Positions 25,714 through 40,041 of a DNA stretch of 64,000 bases are shown piece after piece. This stretch comes from Paraspadella gotoi. Lineage: Eukaryota > Animalia > Chaetognatha. Under the pieces are notes generated by a model that was not told the DNA's origin, searched no databases, and saw nothing but the letters and a program-made list of their open reading frames with translations. Position 1 is the first letter of the stretch, and every line of letters begins with the position of its first letter. The position numbers and the translations under genes are program-made. The stretch lies in NCBI GenBank assembly GCA_051294375.1, contig CM119269.1:6585552-6649551 (forward strand), read 5' to 3'.

Positions 25714-28700
25714 AGAAAGTTCAAAGGTGAGTGAAACAAAAAAAAAGGAATGAAAATTGAAGTCGAATGGATCTTTGCCTTGGAAGAGACGAGAATCACG
25801 ATTTGCGCTTCGATTAAAGGCACCGATGTACTCGTCGCTTACACTGTCGTTCGGAGAATCAGATCAAATTCATGTAATCAATTTCATATATAAATGACTA
25901 AAAGAAATTGAATTGATTTCAATCGCTCTTTTAAAGGCGCCTCACATCCAGCTTCATTCAGCCAATCCCATTGGCTCAGAGGGGGAAGGTACCACCCCAA
26001 GAGTTACGTTCCATCCACACTCCTCAGTCCTAACGACTTCTCTCTGTGTTGCCACTGAGGGTTGCAAGCCCCAGAAGCCAATAGTGAGATGCTCCGACCC
26101 AATGGGGCATCTCAAGCAACCCGGCTGTTGCTATAAAACAAAGATTTTGATCCACTTCAAAAGACATGGAACAACGTTGAATTTCTTAAATGTCAAGGAA
26201 AATTGTCGTCACAAGTCACTACGAAAAGGAATCAACGGATCGGGTATGACCTGGCGGAGAATCCGATGGAAAAGTCGGAAGTAATGGAACCAACGTCGTC
26301 GATCGCCTCCGCCTCCGCGCCGGGGATTCGAGGCTTGTGGCTTCGAAGGAGGATCTCCCTTTTTATAGAGGTAAAATTAAATTTTATAAGGAAAAATAAT
26401 AAATAATAAATAAATAAATAATAAATGTATATCTACATAGATTAGAATTATATTCTCTCTTCGAAATTCCGATGGTTGGTCCACCTGTAAAAAGGATCGC
26501 CCATGTCCACGGGCGTAATTTTGGTTTTCTCTTGGGTCTTCAATTTCTCATCCAAGGCGCCGGCTAAAAAACCAAAAACAGAAGACAAAAAATAAAAACT
26601 CGTGAAGAAAACTAATATTTCCCCCCAAAAAGTATCAATTTTGTTCCTTTAGAATAAATACATTGACTCATTAAGTCAGCGACGGTATATTTAAAGATTT
26701 CCCATCAGGATAAATATAGTATTGTGGAAGACGACACGGCGAGCAGTTACGTTCAATTAGTAACATTTTGGGTCGGGCTCTAGTCCGTCACTAGACGCTC
26801 CACCTCGCTTCCTCATAGGAATTTGCTGGGAGCGAACCCGAGTACTTTTGATTGGAAATACGTCGTGCTAACTACGGCGTCATAGGTGCAGCTGTATCTT
26901 GGACTACCACAGCAGTACATATTTTCACTAAAGATTTTTTCCGTAACAAAGCTTTCATATGTCTCATACAGTCATACTATTGCCCACACCTTTGCCGCTC
27001 GGTTTTGCATCTGAACCAAAGTCGAATCTAAACGAACTCTTCCTCCTCTTCCTCTTCTTTCGCTGAGACGCCTCAAACTTTTTGTCGGCGCCGAAACCGG
27101 CTTCGCTGGCGGCGCGCCCTCGCTGGACGCGACCTGCGACGTCAAATGCGGCGCTGGCGCGGCTGGACCGGCTTGGGCGGCCGTCGGAACGGGGCTGAGT
27201 TTATGGGGAAAATGTTGGATTAAATGAGATGACGACACACAGGGGAGAAGAATTTCGCTATCAGTCAATCCATTATAAGATTTTTGACAGTTTTCGGTTA
27301 ATTTGTTTTTCACCAAAGAATAATATTCCAGATTTGAAGAGGGACATCCTTGTGTTTGTCGTAGTCTAATAATCATAATAACTAATAATCAGCAATGACC
27401 GTCGACCAACGAATTGCATTTCGCCTCAAACCTCACGAATAACGCCGGAGACGAAGTCAAAGAAATCTATATCGGCGCGGTCGTCGTCGTCTTCCTCTTC
27501 GAATTTCCAAAAATCCACGGATTTTTCCTTCGCGTCTAAACTTTTGTCTTTTTCCTCTCGTTTCTCGCAAGTGACGCCAGATGTCATCTGCCAGTATCTG
27601 AGAGGAAAGTGAAAGCAAGAAACAAATGACAAACGGTTCGAAAATAATTTTGATACTTCTAAAAAGGACAACGGCTTTTTGTTGAAGGTACAAAACATTA
27701 AATATTTGAATATTAGCTTTTTTATAAATAACTAGTATTATACTTTTTTTAATTTAACTTTTTATCCTTACCACTGACATCTGTCACTCCACTCCCTTGA
27801 CTAACCCGGCGGGATCGTCCGCCTCCGTCGCCAGCCCCGTCGTCTTGACGAACGCCGTCCTCCAATCAAAGAGGCCCTCGTCTCCGGCGCCGGAAAAAGA
27901 CGGAAGTTCGAATCGGCATTTCCGGCCGTCGTCGTCGTCATCTTCGTCGTCGTCGTCTCCGCCGCCGCTCGCGGTAGAGGCGGTGGACTGACGCCGGACT
28001 GATTTCTCTGTTTTGGTAACTCTTGTGACGACTGATTTCACGTTGCTTTTGTGAATATCTTTGTTCATTCGTTAGGAAAATCAAAAAAAAAAATAAATCT
28101 AAATTAAATATATAATAAACTGTATAAACGATTTAATCCCATTCTCACTCACCCTTCTTCTTGAACGGGTCGTGAGCGGACCGGAAAGGATCGCCGACCG
28201 GACGCCGCACTTGACGGCGCACCCCGTCCGTCGGAAGCAGCTGGACGGCGCCGCTCGGAAGTCGGAAGAGTTTCGTCGACGCGCCGGTTGAGAGTAGCTC
28301 TTTTTCCGACGACTCTTTGTATTTATTCATTTTCTCTTTTTTTTTTATATTAAATTACAGAACGAAACAAAAGAACAGCCAAGTAAGGTTTTTTTTTAAC
28401 TTGCGGCGAATAACAAAAATCGATACGATTCGTGGTGTAGTTGTTTGGGCTTTTTTAAAGGTTTTTTTTTCTTCTTTGCAATCGCAAGATCGATACACGT
28501 GAAGAGAAAAGTAAAAAAGATTCGAAAAAAAAAAATCATAAAAACTAATCGAATTTAAATATTGTTGATAATTCGCTTTAGACTTATATTGACTAGAATT
28601 GACAAGAATCTATTTCTTCAGGAATATTAAACATTAATAAAATGTTCATATTTTTAAATACCAGGAATTAAAAAACATCCATTTTCATCAGGCCACCACT

Positions 28701-30697
28701 TCGCTTTTCATCAGGCCACCGATTTCCTTTCCATCAGGCCACCATTTTTGTTCATCAGGTCCAGCATTCCCTACAACCCTCCCTCCCCTTAAGTTACTCA
28801 CCTCAACGACTCGAAAAAGCAATTGAAGAACTCGACGATCTTCTCCTTCTCTTGTTTCAAGAGACCCGCCTTCTTTCCCACCTCGATGCTGCGGGGCGAG
28901 GGTAAGGAGTGGGGAGTAAGGATTAAGGAGTGGGGAGGATAAGGAAGGGAGAGAGAGGGGTAGGGAGGGGAGAAGAAGAAGGAAAAGGGGGAAGAAAAGG
29001 TAATAGAATTATGGCGGGAAGAGGCGGGGGTTGAGGCTAACGGAAGAAACAGAAATGGATAGACGAACGAAAACAAATGACGAAAAATGAAATGAAATGA
29101 ATGAACGGAATGGGGAAAAAAGGGTGATTAAAAGCGAAAGTGAAATTATAATAAATAGAAAAATAAAGAAAAATAAGGAAGAAAAATCAGGGGGTTAAAG
29201 AAAAGGTAATAAACGACTCCCTCAAAAATTGTGCGCCAAAGTTTAAAGTCGCTAAGAATTTTTTTTTTTTTCGTTTTTATTTGTTTTCGTCGTTGTGATC
29301 GTCGTCGTTGGAAAACGAGCGGTTTACGTGACTTTGAGCCAAGTTTCTTTGTAGACCGAAAGAAAATAAATATTAACACCCTTAGGCATAACTGAAAATA
29401 CTTTAATGTGTAGATTCGATGTACAGAATTATGCTTTTAACTGACCGCAATTAACCAAACGAAGGAATCTCGTTCTGGTTTTCACTGTGAATACCGACCG
29501 AGTGACTTATTTTGGAAAGAGCTGACGGATGTTTGACGACCGAGTTCGATTGTGTATAATCAAAGGGATTGATCGATCCAACTCATTGTTTCGTCACGGA
29601 CGCACTTGTAAATGAGGCCCAATCAGGGCCTACTAGAAGACTTACTTGTAAATGAGGCCCAATCAGGGAGAACTAAAGGACTCACTTATGATTGAAGCCC
29701 AATCAGAGCCCAGGGAAGTTTTAATTGTGAATGAGGCCCAATTATGGCCGAGAAGAGACTTACTTTCGAATGAGGCCCAATCAGGGTAAACTAAGGACTC
29801 ACTTGTTAATGCCGCCCAAACAGGGTGGAATAAAGGACTCACTTGTGAATGAAGCCCAATCAGGGCCAATAGAAATCTTACTTGTCAATGAGGTCCAATT
29901 ATGTCCTACTAGAAAACTTACTTGTGAATTAGGCCCAATCGGAGCCAATAAAAGGACTCACTTGTGAATGAGACCCTATCGGAGCCCACAAAAGGACTCA
30001 CTTGTGAATGAGGCCCCTGAGCTGCTTGAGCGAGACGATGACGTCCTTGCGCGCGGCGCCTCGCGTGAAAATCCCAGATCGAAGCTCCGGAGAAACTCGG
30101 GTGATCGCGCGGAGCATCTGGTACATCTTGCGGGTGGAATAGCGCGACTCTGCATAGCTGGAGACGGGGGGGGGGAAGAAAAAAAATGAAGAGATAAGTG
30201 GAAAGAAAAGGAGCTTAATCTGACACATGACGAGGATTGAATGATGGGGTCACTACGGTCGTAAGAAAGTGAGGCTCAAACTTAGATAAAGGAAAGAATT
30301 TTGAAATTATTGCAAGGTCGGGTCGAACTCTGGCTTTCTCGTGAGTGAATTCTCAATCTGATTGGGAACCTAAAAGTAAAATAAGAGTAGGGAAGAAGTG
30401 ACTTACTTTTTTAAGTATTAGTATGATTTAAAAAGGTGAAGAACAGGAGCAACATAAACAATGTAAACAACATAAAAATGAAATCCTCTTAGGCAAGAAT
30501 AAGGTGAAAGAGTGGACCTAAAACGACCACTCCAAATTATCATCGTTCGGTCGCCACGCCCACAACCAGCACTGCCTTCATCTACCCTTTCCCCCCGCCT
30601 CCACTGACCCCTGAATTCCATACCTGATGAGTTTTTCAAACGTCTCGATCTGCTTCACCAAATTCTCGTGCTGCTTGAATTTGGGTTGTCCGTTCAT
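24778..30697 (-). CDS. Uncharacterised multi-exon protein: helical N-terminus, long low-complexity acidic/Ser/Pro-rich C-terminus
   Basis: Phase-compatible exons give MNGQPKFKQHENLVKQIETFEKLIS/YAESRYSTRKMYQMLRAITRVSPELRSGIFTRGAARKDVIVSLKQLRGLIHN/IEVGKKAGLLKQEKEKIVEFFNCFFESL. Further GC-rich exon-like blocks lie at ~28150-28295, 27790-27990, 27000-27190 and 26485-26565, with a terminal exon ~24778-25630. Internal linkage is not fully resolved. Confidence 0.6.
26760..26890 (-). mobile_element. Possible degenerate tRNA-derived SINE
   Basis: Minus strand reads GCACCTATGACGCCGTAGTTAGC...TTTCCAA...CGGGTTCGCTCCC, with a B-box-like motif. No complete cloverleaf. Confidence 0.35.
29600..30018. repeat. 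~39-40-bp minisatellite (~10-11 units) overlapping an exon/5' splice-site boundary
   Basis: Unit approximately GACTCACTTGTGAATGAGGCCCAATCAGGGCCAATAAAAG. Confidence 0.9.
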
Positions 30698-30871
30698 GTT
30701 GGCCGGCGACGTCTGGGGAGACAACGGGAGGCGGGAGGAAATAAAATGGCGGCGACGATGATGATAATGATGATTACAACGAAGACATATCGAAAACAAA
30801 CTGTCCAATGTGACGCTTGGTGACGTGTCAAAAGGTGAAACCGAAGAATGCGTAACCGACGACAAAGTTAC

Positions 30872-30908
<37 letters not shown>

Positions 30909-30929
30909 TCAACTATCATAATTTATTTT

Positions 30930-31025
<96 letters not shown>

Positions 31026-31879
31026 TTTTCTTGCTTTTAAAACGAATACAAATGGCTAATATAGTCACGTGATCGAAAACGATTGTTTTTGTTTACATTT
31101 TATCCAAAGTGGAAAACGGAAAAGTTCTTAATTTTAAATACATAATATGTATTAGAAAAAACTTACCCAATGACTGGCGTGAAGAATTTCTCTAGGATCG
31201 AAGCTCAAATTTTGTTTGTCCTTATTTTTGTTGTTAACGTCTCCTCCTCCTCCTCCTCCTCCTCCTCCTCCTCCCTCATCGCCTTTCGTCTCCCCGGGGG
31301 GCATTTTCATCGATCGAATTGTCCGCCAATCAGGAGGCGATTAGCAGCAATTTGGGTCGATAATCTGTAAAAAAATCGACCAATGAGAGAGCGGCGATTT
31401 CAAGCTTCTACTGGAAAACCCGGTAAGTCGACCTCTCATTGGTCAACGAGTGAAGCTTCCAGAGAACACGGAAGGTAAGGAACGGGTGAGACAGCGATGG
31501 AAAGGCGGGAGGAAGGTAAGGGCGAAGAAGATTCGAGAGAAGTGACGTGGGTAATGTTGGTTCGACGGTTCGTGGTAGAGTTACGTGGTTACGATTGGGT
31601 GTCAAAGATGTTAAGACAAATAAAGTATGATGATACATATATTACTTTTTAGGTTTCAATCTACCGAAAGGGAGAAAAGTTTACAAGAGAGGATTATGAG
31701 CAGAGTATCTCTCGACTGTCAGTGAAAAAAGGACAAAAGGACCGAAGTCCGTGAGGTTGAGCCGGAAAAAAAAAATCCTCTAACGAGAAACAAACATTTT
31801 CCCCCCACAAAAAAATGGAATTAGAAAAAAGAAAAAAAAAATCTAAAAGACATGAAAGGAGGATCGAGCCGCTTTCGAT

Positions 31880-32112
31880 GGTAACCAAATATTGATGCGA
31901 TGATAAACAAATATTGATGCGATGATAACAAATATTGACGCGATGATAACCATAATTGATGCGATGATAACAAAATGACTGATGTGATGATAATCAAATG
32001 ATTGATGCGATGATAGTCATTCATTGATATGATGATAATCATTCATTGATTACGCATGATAGTCATTCATTGATGCGATAGATTAGTAATCTCATTGACG
32101 CGATGAATCATT
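31880..32112. repeat. ~21-bp degenerate tandem repeat (ATATTGATGCGATGATAACAA)
   Basis: Visible periodic TTGATGCGATGATA. Confidence 0.8.
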
Positions 32113-32254
32113 CATCGTAAATAAAACAAAACAAATGCGTGTATGATGTGAAAGAGAGAGAGAGAGAGAGAGAGAAGAGCGAGAGAGAGAGAGAAGAGAG
32201 GCTGGACAGTTTTCCCGCCAACGAACGACCACGCAAGAGATCGTAAAGAGAGAA

Positions 32255-32289
<35 letters not shown>

Positions 32290-35200
32290 AGAAGCTGAAC
32301 CAGACGCTGCATAGGCGGAACTCGTTTACTCGTCGCCAAATTAAAATATAGTTTACTATATACTAATTTGATATTGCAGTAAGTACTATAATCTAATTAG
32401 CATATTGCAGTAAATTATAATGAAGTTGAAATTCAACAAAAAATAACTTGACTCGATATGAAACAAGATAATGGACACACATTTCAACTTCATCACTGCC
32501 TCACTAATGGAACTTGATAACTAGATACATTGTTTGGTAGTTTAAAACCATAAACCGGCAAAAATAGGCAGTAAAAAAAAATGATCGGCATATAGCATAC
32601 AATCCGGCATATTCAAATTGTGAAAAAAAATTTAAGGTTTTTCGATCAACAACATTGGACAGACTATGAAAAGATTTTCCTCTGGCAATGTAAATCTGTA
32701 TTAAATATGCTATTTGCTTATTGTATTTTTTTTTCTTTAATAACAATCATGTTAGAGACGGAGAGAGATGGAGAGAAGCGTAAAATTTCTGACGTATGAG
32801 TTATTCTTCACTTTTTCTAAAATAAATCCACGAAAATCTCGGATGTAAATTTGGGATAATGGTGATAATAAAAGTTTTTAGAAGGAAAAAAATAATCAGA
32901 ATTTTTCAAAAACGAACGATCACGCAAGAAATCGTACACAGAGAGAAGAGAGAGAGAGAGAGAGACAGAGAGAGTCACAGAAAGAGACACAGAGAGAGAC
33001 ACAGAGAAACAAAGCTGGACAGCTACTGGAAGCCGCTGTACAGTCACTGCAGAGACTGAACTCGTTTTTTCTAAAAAGAATAAAATATATATATTATAAT
33101 TTAAAAGAATAAAAGAAAGGCAAAAATATGTTACAATTGTTTACAATTTAGAAATTTTTCCAATTTTTTCCAATCGCAGCTTGTAAAAGATTTATTTTTA
33201 TTTGTATTAAAATTAAGATATAGCTTCTCATTAAAAGTTATTTTGAGTTCCCTTTTTTATTATAGATTTAAAAAAATTTTTTTGAATTTCATCCTCAATA
33301 TTATTACTGCAATATGTAAATAGATATTAAAGCATTTCTATATACTTATTTGATGTTATAATGAGTACTATAATCTCATTTGCATATTGCAGTAAATCAT
33401 AATGAAGTGGAAATTCAAACAAAAAATACTTAAATCCAAATTTAATAAGAAAATATCAAAGCTATTTCAAGATGAGAATCCATTATCTAAATTTTTTAAC
33501 TTACTATGATATGCCACTTTTGTAAAACTTTATCATAATTCATAATAATTTTTATTAAAAAAAAACGGTAAGTCACAGCCAAACCTATAAAAGCGTAGTA
33601 GTTTTTATATAAAAACAGCGTGACGCCGACGACGACGACGACTACGTCACAAAGAAGCCAAGGCGAATTATTATAGAGCATGACCCGGCTTCGCCGGTCA
33701 AGGCTCGATAAAAAGAAGAAAAAAAAAACAGAAACAAGAAAAGGAAGACGACAGTTGTCATTCGTCGATGACGAGCAATCGACTCAACACTTCCAATTAT
33801 CGATTAGACGGTAAAGAGGGTTTTCTTGCGATTGTTTACGTAACCATAGCAACGAAAAAACCGTTCTAGATGATTTTTATTACGACTCAGAATTAAAAAT
33901 GTCGTTGAGATTTTGAAGAGCGGATTTAATATTAAAAGATAAAATAAAATTCGGAGGCAGAGAGAAGCAAAAAGTAAGTTAAGAGAGAAAATGGAAAACG
34001 AATCTCGGCGATAAAGTAAGTTTTGACTTTGAAAAAGAAAGCGGATGCTCATATACCTCACTCACCAACGCGCGGCAGCGGAGTCGAATTATAGCGAAGT
34101 GAGATTGAAGGAAGACGAAAACGGAGCGAAACATCCCGATGTAGACACCGCTGTAGCCGTTTTGAGGTTTTTTCAAATCGATAACTCTGTAGTTAAAGTA
34201 GTTATATATAGTAATTAAATACAATCGATAAAAGTTATCTCATACAGATTGAAAAATGTAAATCTTATTTCCGGACGGCGGAGGGAATAACATTACATTT
34301 ATTACGACGCTTCGTTGGTTTTTACCGCTTTACAATTTAAAAACGGTTACATTGTACTTAGGCGAGATACCGTAGTTACTGTTATTCCCGTCGCCGTCGG
34401 AAACAGAATCCAGAAAAACAAAGTCCGCGCAGAATTTTTGGAAACTCGACGACGCAAAAGAGATACGTACAATGCGTACGTACGACTAAAACCTGCCAAC
34501 TATCGATTTTTTCTCTCTTCGCATGGATATTATTTCCTTTTTTTCTTCTTTAATTTCATTTTTTTTCTTTTTGCCTATTTTATTCTCTCTCCTTTTTGTG
34601 GCGCATGTTTTCTTAGTAATGTTATTTGATTATCGGTTGTGCTTTTTATTACTATAAATTTAACGAGTTTTTTAATAACAAAAATAGCCGCATGGAGTAT
34701 ATAGTATAGTATATAGTATAGTAGGGAAATATGCGAGAAAGTCAATTAACTTGAGAAAATAAGGTTACTGATCCAACTATATTACGATGAATCCCATGTA
34801 GTATACTGTAGTACTATAAATTGAAGCAAGATTGAAATTAAAAATTGTTAATTTAAAAAGTAAAAATTAAGATGGAAAACACCGATGGTAGAATGATAAA
34901 AAAAAAATCGTCCCCAGGCTTATATAATCGCTTTTTGCACGTTTAGGGTCGTTATCCTCTCGTTTTTTTTTTTACTCAATTAGGCCAATTTAAAAATGGG
35001 CGGAAATTTTTTTTTTTCACTAAATCCTGACACGAAAGATGGGGAAGAAGGGAGGGGAAAAAAGGGAGGAGGAAAAAAGAGGTACAAACTTAAAAGAAAA
35101 AAAAGAAATAAGAAAATAAAAGGGAACAAAGGAGAAAAGGAGGGGAAAAAAAAAGGAAAAGTAACGAAATAAAAGAATTTGACTTTAAAATGTACATCGA

Positions 35201-35638
35201 ACGAAAAAAACGGTCGACGTTCGTTCGTTCGTTCGCCGCGGGAGGCGCTTTCCTCTCAATTCATCCCGTCAGTCGCCGACGGATTAGCCCTTTGTTTTTA
35301 CTCCGTCGTCAAGGCAACGTCTTTTTATTTATGAATACAATTCCGGCTATATAGGCTTTAGCGGAAACTTTCAAAGGGATTACAATTTTTAATTCTTTAT
35401 CAGCTCCGGTATTAGTAATAATAGTCATTCAAATTTATTTTAAAAGAGAAAAAAAGCCATAATTCAGAGGAAAGTGTCTAACAAAAAGATCAAAATTGAA
35501 TTGGTATTATATTCTAATGGCGTTAAGTGGTAATTATGAGGTAATAATATGTGGCAATATTGCTATAAAGAAAATAAACCCGTTTCTTAAGTCTAAAGAC
35601 TAAACGAATGAGATTCATAAAAGAAAAGATTCATACAA

Positions 35639-35984
35639 TCACATTTGTTGCTCATTTGTTTCTTCCACGTTTCTTCCCCGACTCCGCCGCCACCACCTCG
35701 ATGCTCTCCACGTCCGCCGCATGTCATCCAACGTCTGCGGCAGAGGGCGCCCCCGCGTCTCCGGGATGAAGGCCGCCGCGATCCCCACGATGCCGACGAC
35801 GGCGAGCGAAGATTCCACCGACAGCGGCGCTCTTTTTTGAAAATAAGACAAATAACTGGCGAGACACGAGGTGGCGCGAGAAACGAGGATAACAAAGAGA
35901 TAGCAGCGACCGCGGATGGGCGTGTGGAAGGCCTCCTGAGGTAAGAGAGGATGGATAGATAGATAGATATATAGATAGATAGAT

Positions 35985-36054
<70 letters not shown>

Positions 36055-37774
36055 ATTAATAGATAGATAGATTAAAAGATAGATGCATAGATTAATAGAT
36101 AGATTAATAAATATATAGATTAATAGATAGATAGACAGATAGATATATAGCTAGATAGAAAGATAGAAAGATAGATAGATAGATAGATTAATAGACAGAT
36201 AGATAGATTAATAGATAGATTTATAGATAGATTAATGAATATATAGATTAATTGATAGATAGATTGATAGATAATAGAAAGGCAAATCTAAAATCTTCAC
36301 ATGACTTACTTGTAACCACAACTGAAAAGGTCGAAACGTGGCCATGGTCGTCCCCCTCAATAAGGCGTTCATGATCCTCCGGAATTCCGGCATCCGGTCA
36401 TCGACGTCGCCGACGACGACGCGAGCCGCCGCCAAGACGCCGAATCCGACGCTGCAGGCGAGCGTTCCGACGCCGATGGCGACGCGCCGTGGCAGGAAAC
36501 AGCTGGCGACGGCGCCGATCAGCCGCGCCGGGAGATCGGAGAGCTGCAGCAGCAGAAAGTTGAGGAGCCTCGATCCCGGGAGATTGTTGAACGAGAAGGT
36601 GATCCCAATGTAGCAGAAGTTGCTATAGGCCCAGAAGAGACAGGCGAAAATGAGAGGTCCCAGTACTGGAGCGGAGCAGTTGGAAGAGCTCGTGCGTTCG
36701 GAAGAGACGCTCGAAGGCTTCGAAGATTCCTCGGAGGAATTTTTCAACATCGAGGAAGTCTCCTCCTCCTCATCAACTCCCTCGTCCGCGATTCGCTTGA
36801 AGAAATCCTTCTCGTCCAACTTCTTCCCGCGGGATTCGGCGACGCGTTGGAGAATCTGGAAGGCCTCGCGGTGACGACCCTTGCTGAGGAGCCAAGCCGG
36901 AGACTCTGGAGAGACGAGGATGGCCGGGATGACGAGGAGGTTGGAGCCGTAGAGGATGAGGAGGAGGGTGCGCCAATTTGGGAAGATGTAGCTGGGGAAG
37001 GATTGATGGGGAAGGATGGGGATTGGGGAAGGATGATGGGGATGGATGGGAAAGAATGATGGTGAATGATGGGAAACAAAACGACAATGGCCAGATCCAA
37101 AAATTAAGCAAGCTATTTTTTCTGTTAAATTTTAACAATATAAACAAGTCCCGACTTTCTATGTCAATTAAAATTCGTTGTCGCATAACAAAAACTGTTT
37201 TTCCTTAAATCTCAAACGCAACGAAAAGAAAGAATCATAACAATGTCTAACAATTTGTTCAAAATTAAGTTTAATGAATAAAAAGAAATATTTTAGATTA
37301 CTGTTTCTGTAATACTATCAGTAAAAATGGTAACAAAGGTCTCGCGTGTGATCTACGAATAAACAATAAAAATTAATTAATAATTAATAATGTTGATAAA
37401 AGGAAAAAAAGGCTATTGGAAAAGGAATAACGAAATAAAATGAAAACGGTTTGCATTAAAATGGGAAAAAAATTAAAATACAAGGGGAAAACATGGAATA
37501 CAAGTCGGACTCACGAGATCAAAGGCATCAGCAGCCCAGCCAGTGGCCACGCCGGATCGAGAGGTAAAGCGACGTTTCGATGTCGAGAGGAAAACAATTC
37601 GCTCTTGTAGGTGAGGAGGGAGAAGATGCCGACATAGCCGACGCCGAGGAGAAATCTGTACGCGTGGCAGAGTTTCAAAAAATAAGAACAATCATAGAAT
37701 ATGATTGATCGAGTCAGTTTCATCTCTACTAAATTTGTTAGGAAGTTGTGAAAGATGTTTTGCTCAAAAATTGT

Positions 37775-37816
<42 letters not shown>

Positions 37817-38456
37817 GCTGGCTAGGTATATGGAAATAAGAAGTCTGTGATAAATAGTCGTTACTAGTAGAATCCAATAATATTAACACAACATCTAAAA
37901 AAATTCGCAACGTTAACGGCCCAACAGCTTCACCGTCCACAAACCTGACGACGATGTAGTAATAAACGTTTGGGACCCACCAGACTTGTAGACCGACGAG
38001 CGCATTAAGCGTCGCCGCCGCCAAAACCACTCGACGTCGGCCAAAGACGTCGACGATATAGCCGACAAAAAGACTGGCCGACAAACCTCCGACGAAGAAC
38101 ATGGCCTCCATCAAGTTGACGAGCCACTCCCGATCGCAGACGAGTCTCCACTCGGCCGCTAGGGTGTTGGAGGTCGGCTCCTCGAAGGTCCAGTTGTCTC
38201 CCGGGCATCCGAGGGAGCAGATCTCGGCGCGGGTTAATCGAGAGGCGACGTCGGTCTCGTTGATGTTGCGGGGGAGGTTAAGGTAAGGTGCTTCGTGACC
38301 GCAGCGGAATCGCGGCTCGTACGAGGCCAACGCGTTGCCTTGGAAGAGAAAGCTTCTGTTGATGCAGCTGGCGGCGTTGATGAGAAAGACGCCGAGTGGA
38401 AACCAACCGACGACGCCAAAGTCTTGGAGGAGCGCGTCCAACTCTTTGGCGCCCAT
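35639..38456 (-). CDS. SLC22/organic cation transporter-like MFS protein, 4 exons (37945-38456, 37515-37655, 36310-36991, 35639-35935)
   Basis: Cys-containing first extracellular loop with EWRLVC; MFS motif A DVFGRRRV; PESPAWL; EAFHTPIRG; PETRGRPLP. All introns are GT-AG and in phase. Confidence 0.9.
35955..36270. repeat. (GATA)n microsatellite in SLC22 intron 3
   Basis: Directly visible. Confidence 0.95.
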
Positions 38457-40041
38457 TATGGGTGGAACCGTCGGTGGGACCGAGAGCGAAGGATGGAAAT
38501 GTTAGTAGAATTGTCTTTGGTGGCGAATATGTAATGCTTAATGCTTGTATATCTAAAAGGCGGAAAAAATTACGCGTTATGTAATATTTTTTGGGGGTTT
38601 GTTTTTTTGTTTGTTTCGTCTCTTAAATTGTCTCATTCATTATTTCATTTTTATAGGTTTAATACTAATTGGTGCTCGGTGCAGTCATAAGATATCGCTA
38701 AGTTTTGGAATAAATTTTCGGAGAATCTTCAAGAAACTCGTTTAGCGACATAGTAATGCATGTGGATTGTGGATTGTGGATTGTGGAGCCAATTTAAAAC
38801 TAGAAAGTGGGAGATTAATTCTTTCGTATTTGTCGGTAGTTATAAAAATCTCTTGACTTATAGTAGAAAGTAGAAAGTTCGATTTTAATGCTTTTATTGT
38901 TGCTATCAAAATTACAATATTACTATATAATGATAAATTTTTTTTTAATCAATCTTAACTTTTTTGATGGATTCTGATAGAGCATAAAAAGTTAAATAAA
39001 AAATATAACTACAACTTTCAAAAATTTTTATGTTTTCCTGGTCAAAATTAAGAAAAAGTAATAAAATTATGATGATGATGATTATAAATAGTTTTTCATA
39101 TTTTTCACCCACTTATTATCAAAATATCGAAAAAAGAATTATACTTAGTGTAGACAACTTTTTGCAAGCTACCTGAATCTGATCTTAAAAATAAAAAAAA
39201 TCCTAAAAAAATTTTAAGCCTTTCCTATTTAGAAATAAATATTAAAAAATTAATATATGGAGTATGGATGTCTAAATTTTCGTTTGAGCAGGTGTTTAAT
39301 TAAAATTTCTTAACCACCTTACTGAGTTAAGCTCCCCCTACTCATAGACGAGAGCATCGAACCGATTTAGCAACGGCCAAAGAAATGTCAATTTTCTATC
39401 AATAATGAAAAAAATATTTGAAATAAAACCGTATAATTAATCTACAGCACAGAAGTCATATTTTTAACGAGGTTTGCTCTCTTCGCCAACCACCATGGTT
39501 CCCCCTTTTCACTCAATTACTAAAAGGGTCCGCGAACTTAGACTCAAAAGACTGAATATGATCCTTATTCGATTCCAGTGTTTCAGATTAAATGAAAAAA
39601 AGAAAGAAAGAAAGAAAATATCTGGTAAGGGGTTGTCTCGAGAATCGAGATACGAGTCATCGAAACCAGTTTCAACCAGCTTTTTTTCCGACCCTTGTCG
39701 CCTTTTTGGCATTTAATGTTTGGATCGACTAAAAAAAACTTTTTTCCATTTTTTTTATTTTTTACAAAAATCACGTTCACTCTCGCTTCTGTTGCGTTTG
39801 ATCCGAGTTCGATTCGATTAGTCCAAACAACAACAACAACGACAACGACAACGATCGCCCCCCCAAAAAACCAGTTCCAAAGTTCTCACTCTGTCACTTT
39901 TTGAGTCGATCTCGACTTTGAAGTTAAATCTAAATTTTTCGCTCGAACAAACTGAAACAAACTGAATAAACTGAAATTATAAAAATATTTCAACGAACTA
40001 AATAATATTTTAACTCGGTTTAGTTCGCAGTGCAAGCAAAC

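Noticed and set aside
32150-33430. Local direct duplication (32200-32450 versus 32910-33430) as possible LTRs
   Set aside because: The similarity is patchy, with no TG...CA ends or coding interior.
33670-33710. Helitron-like 3' hairpin TGACCCGGC-TTC-GCCGGTCA
   Set aside because: The terminal CTAG is imperfect, and there is no second copy or 5' end in the window.
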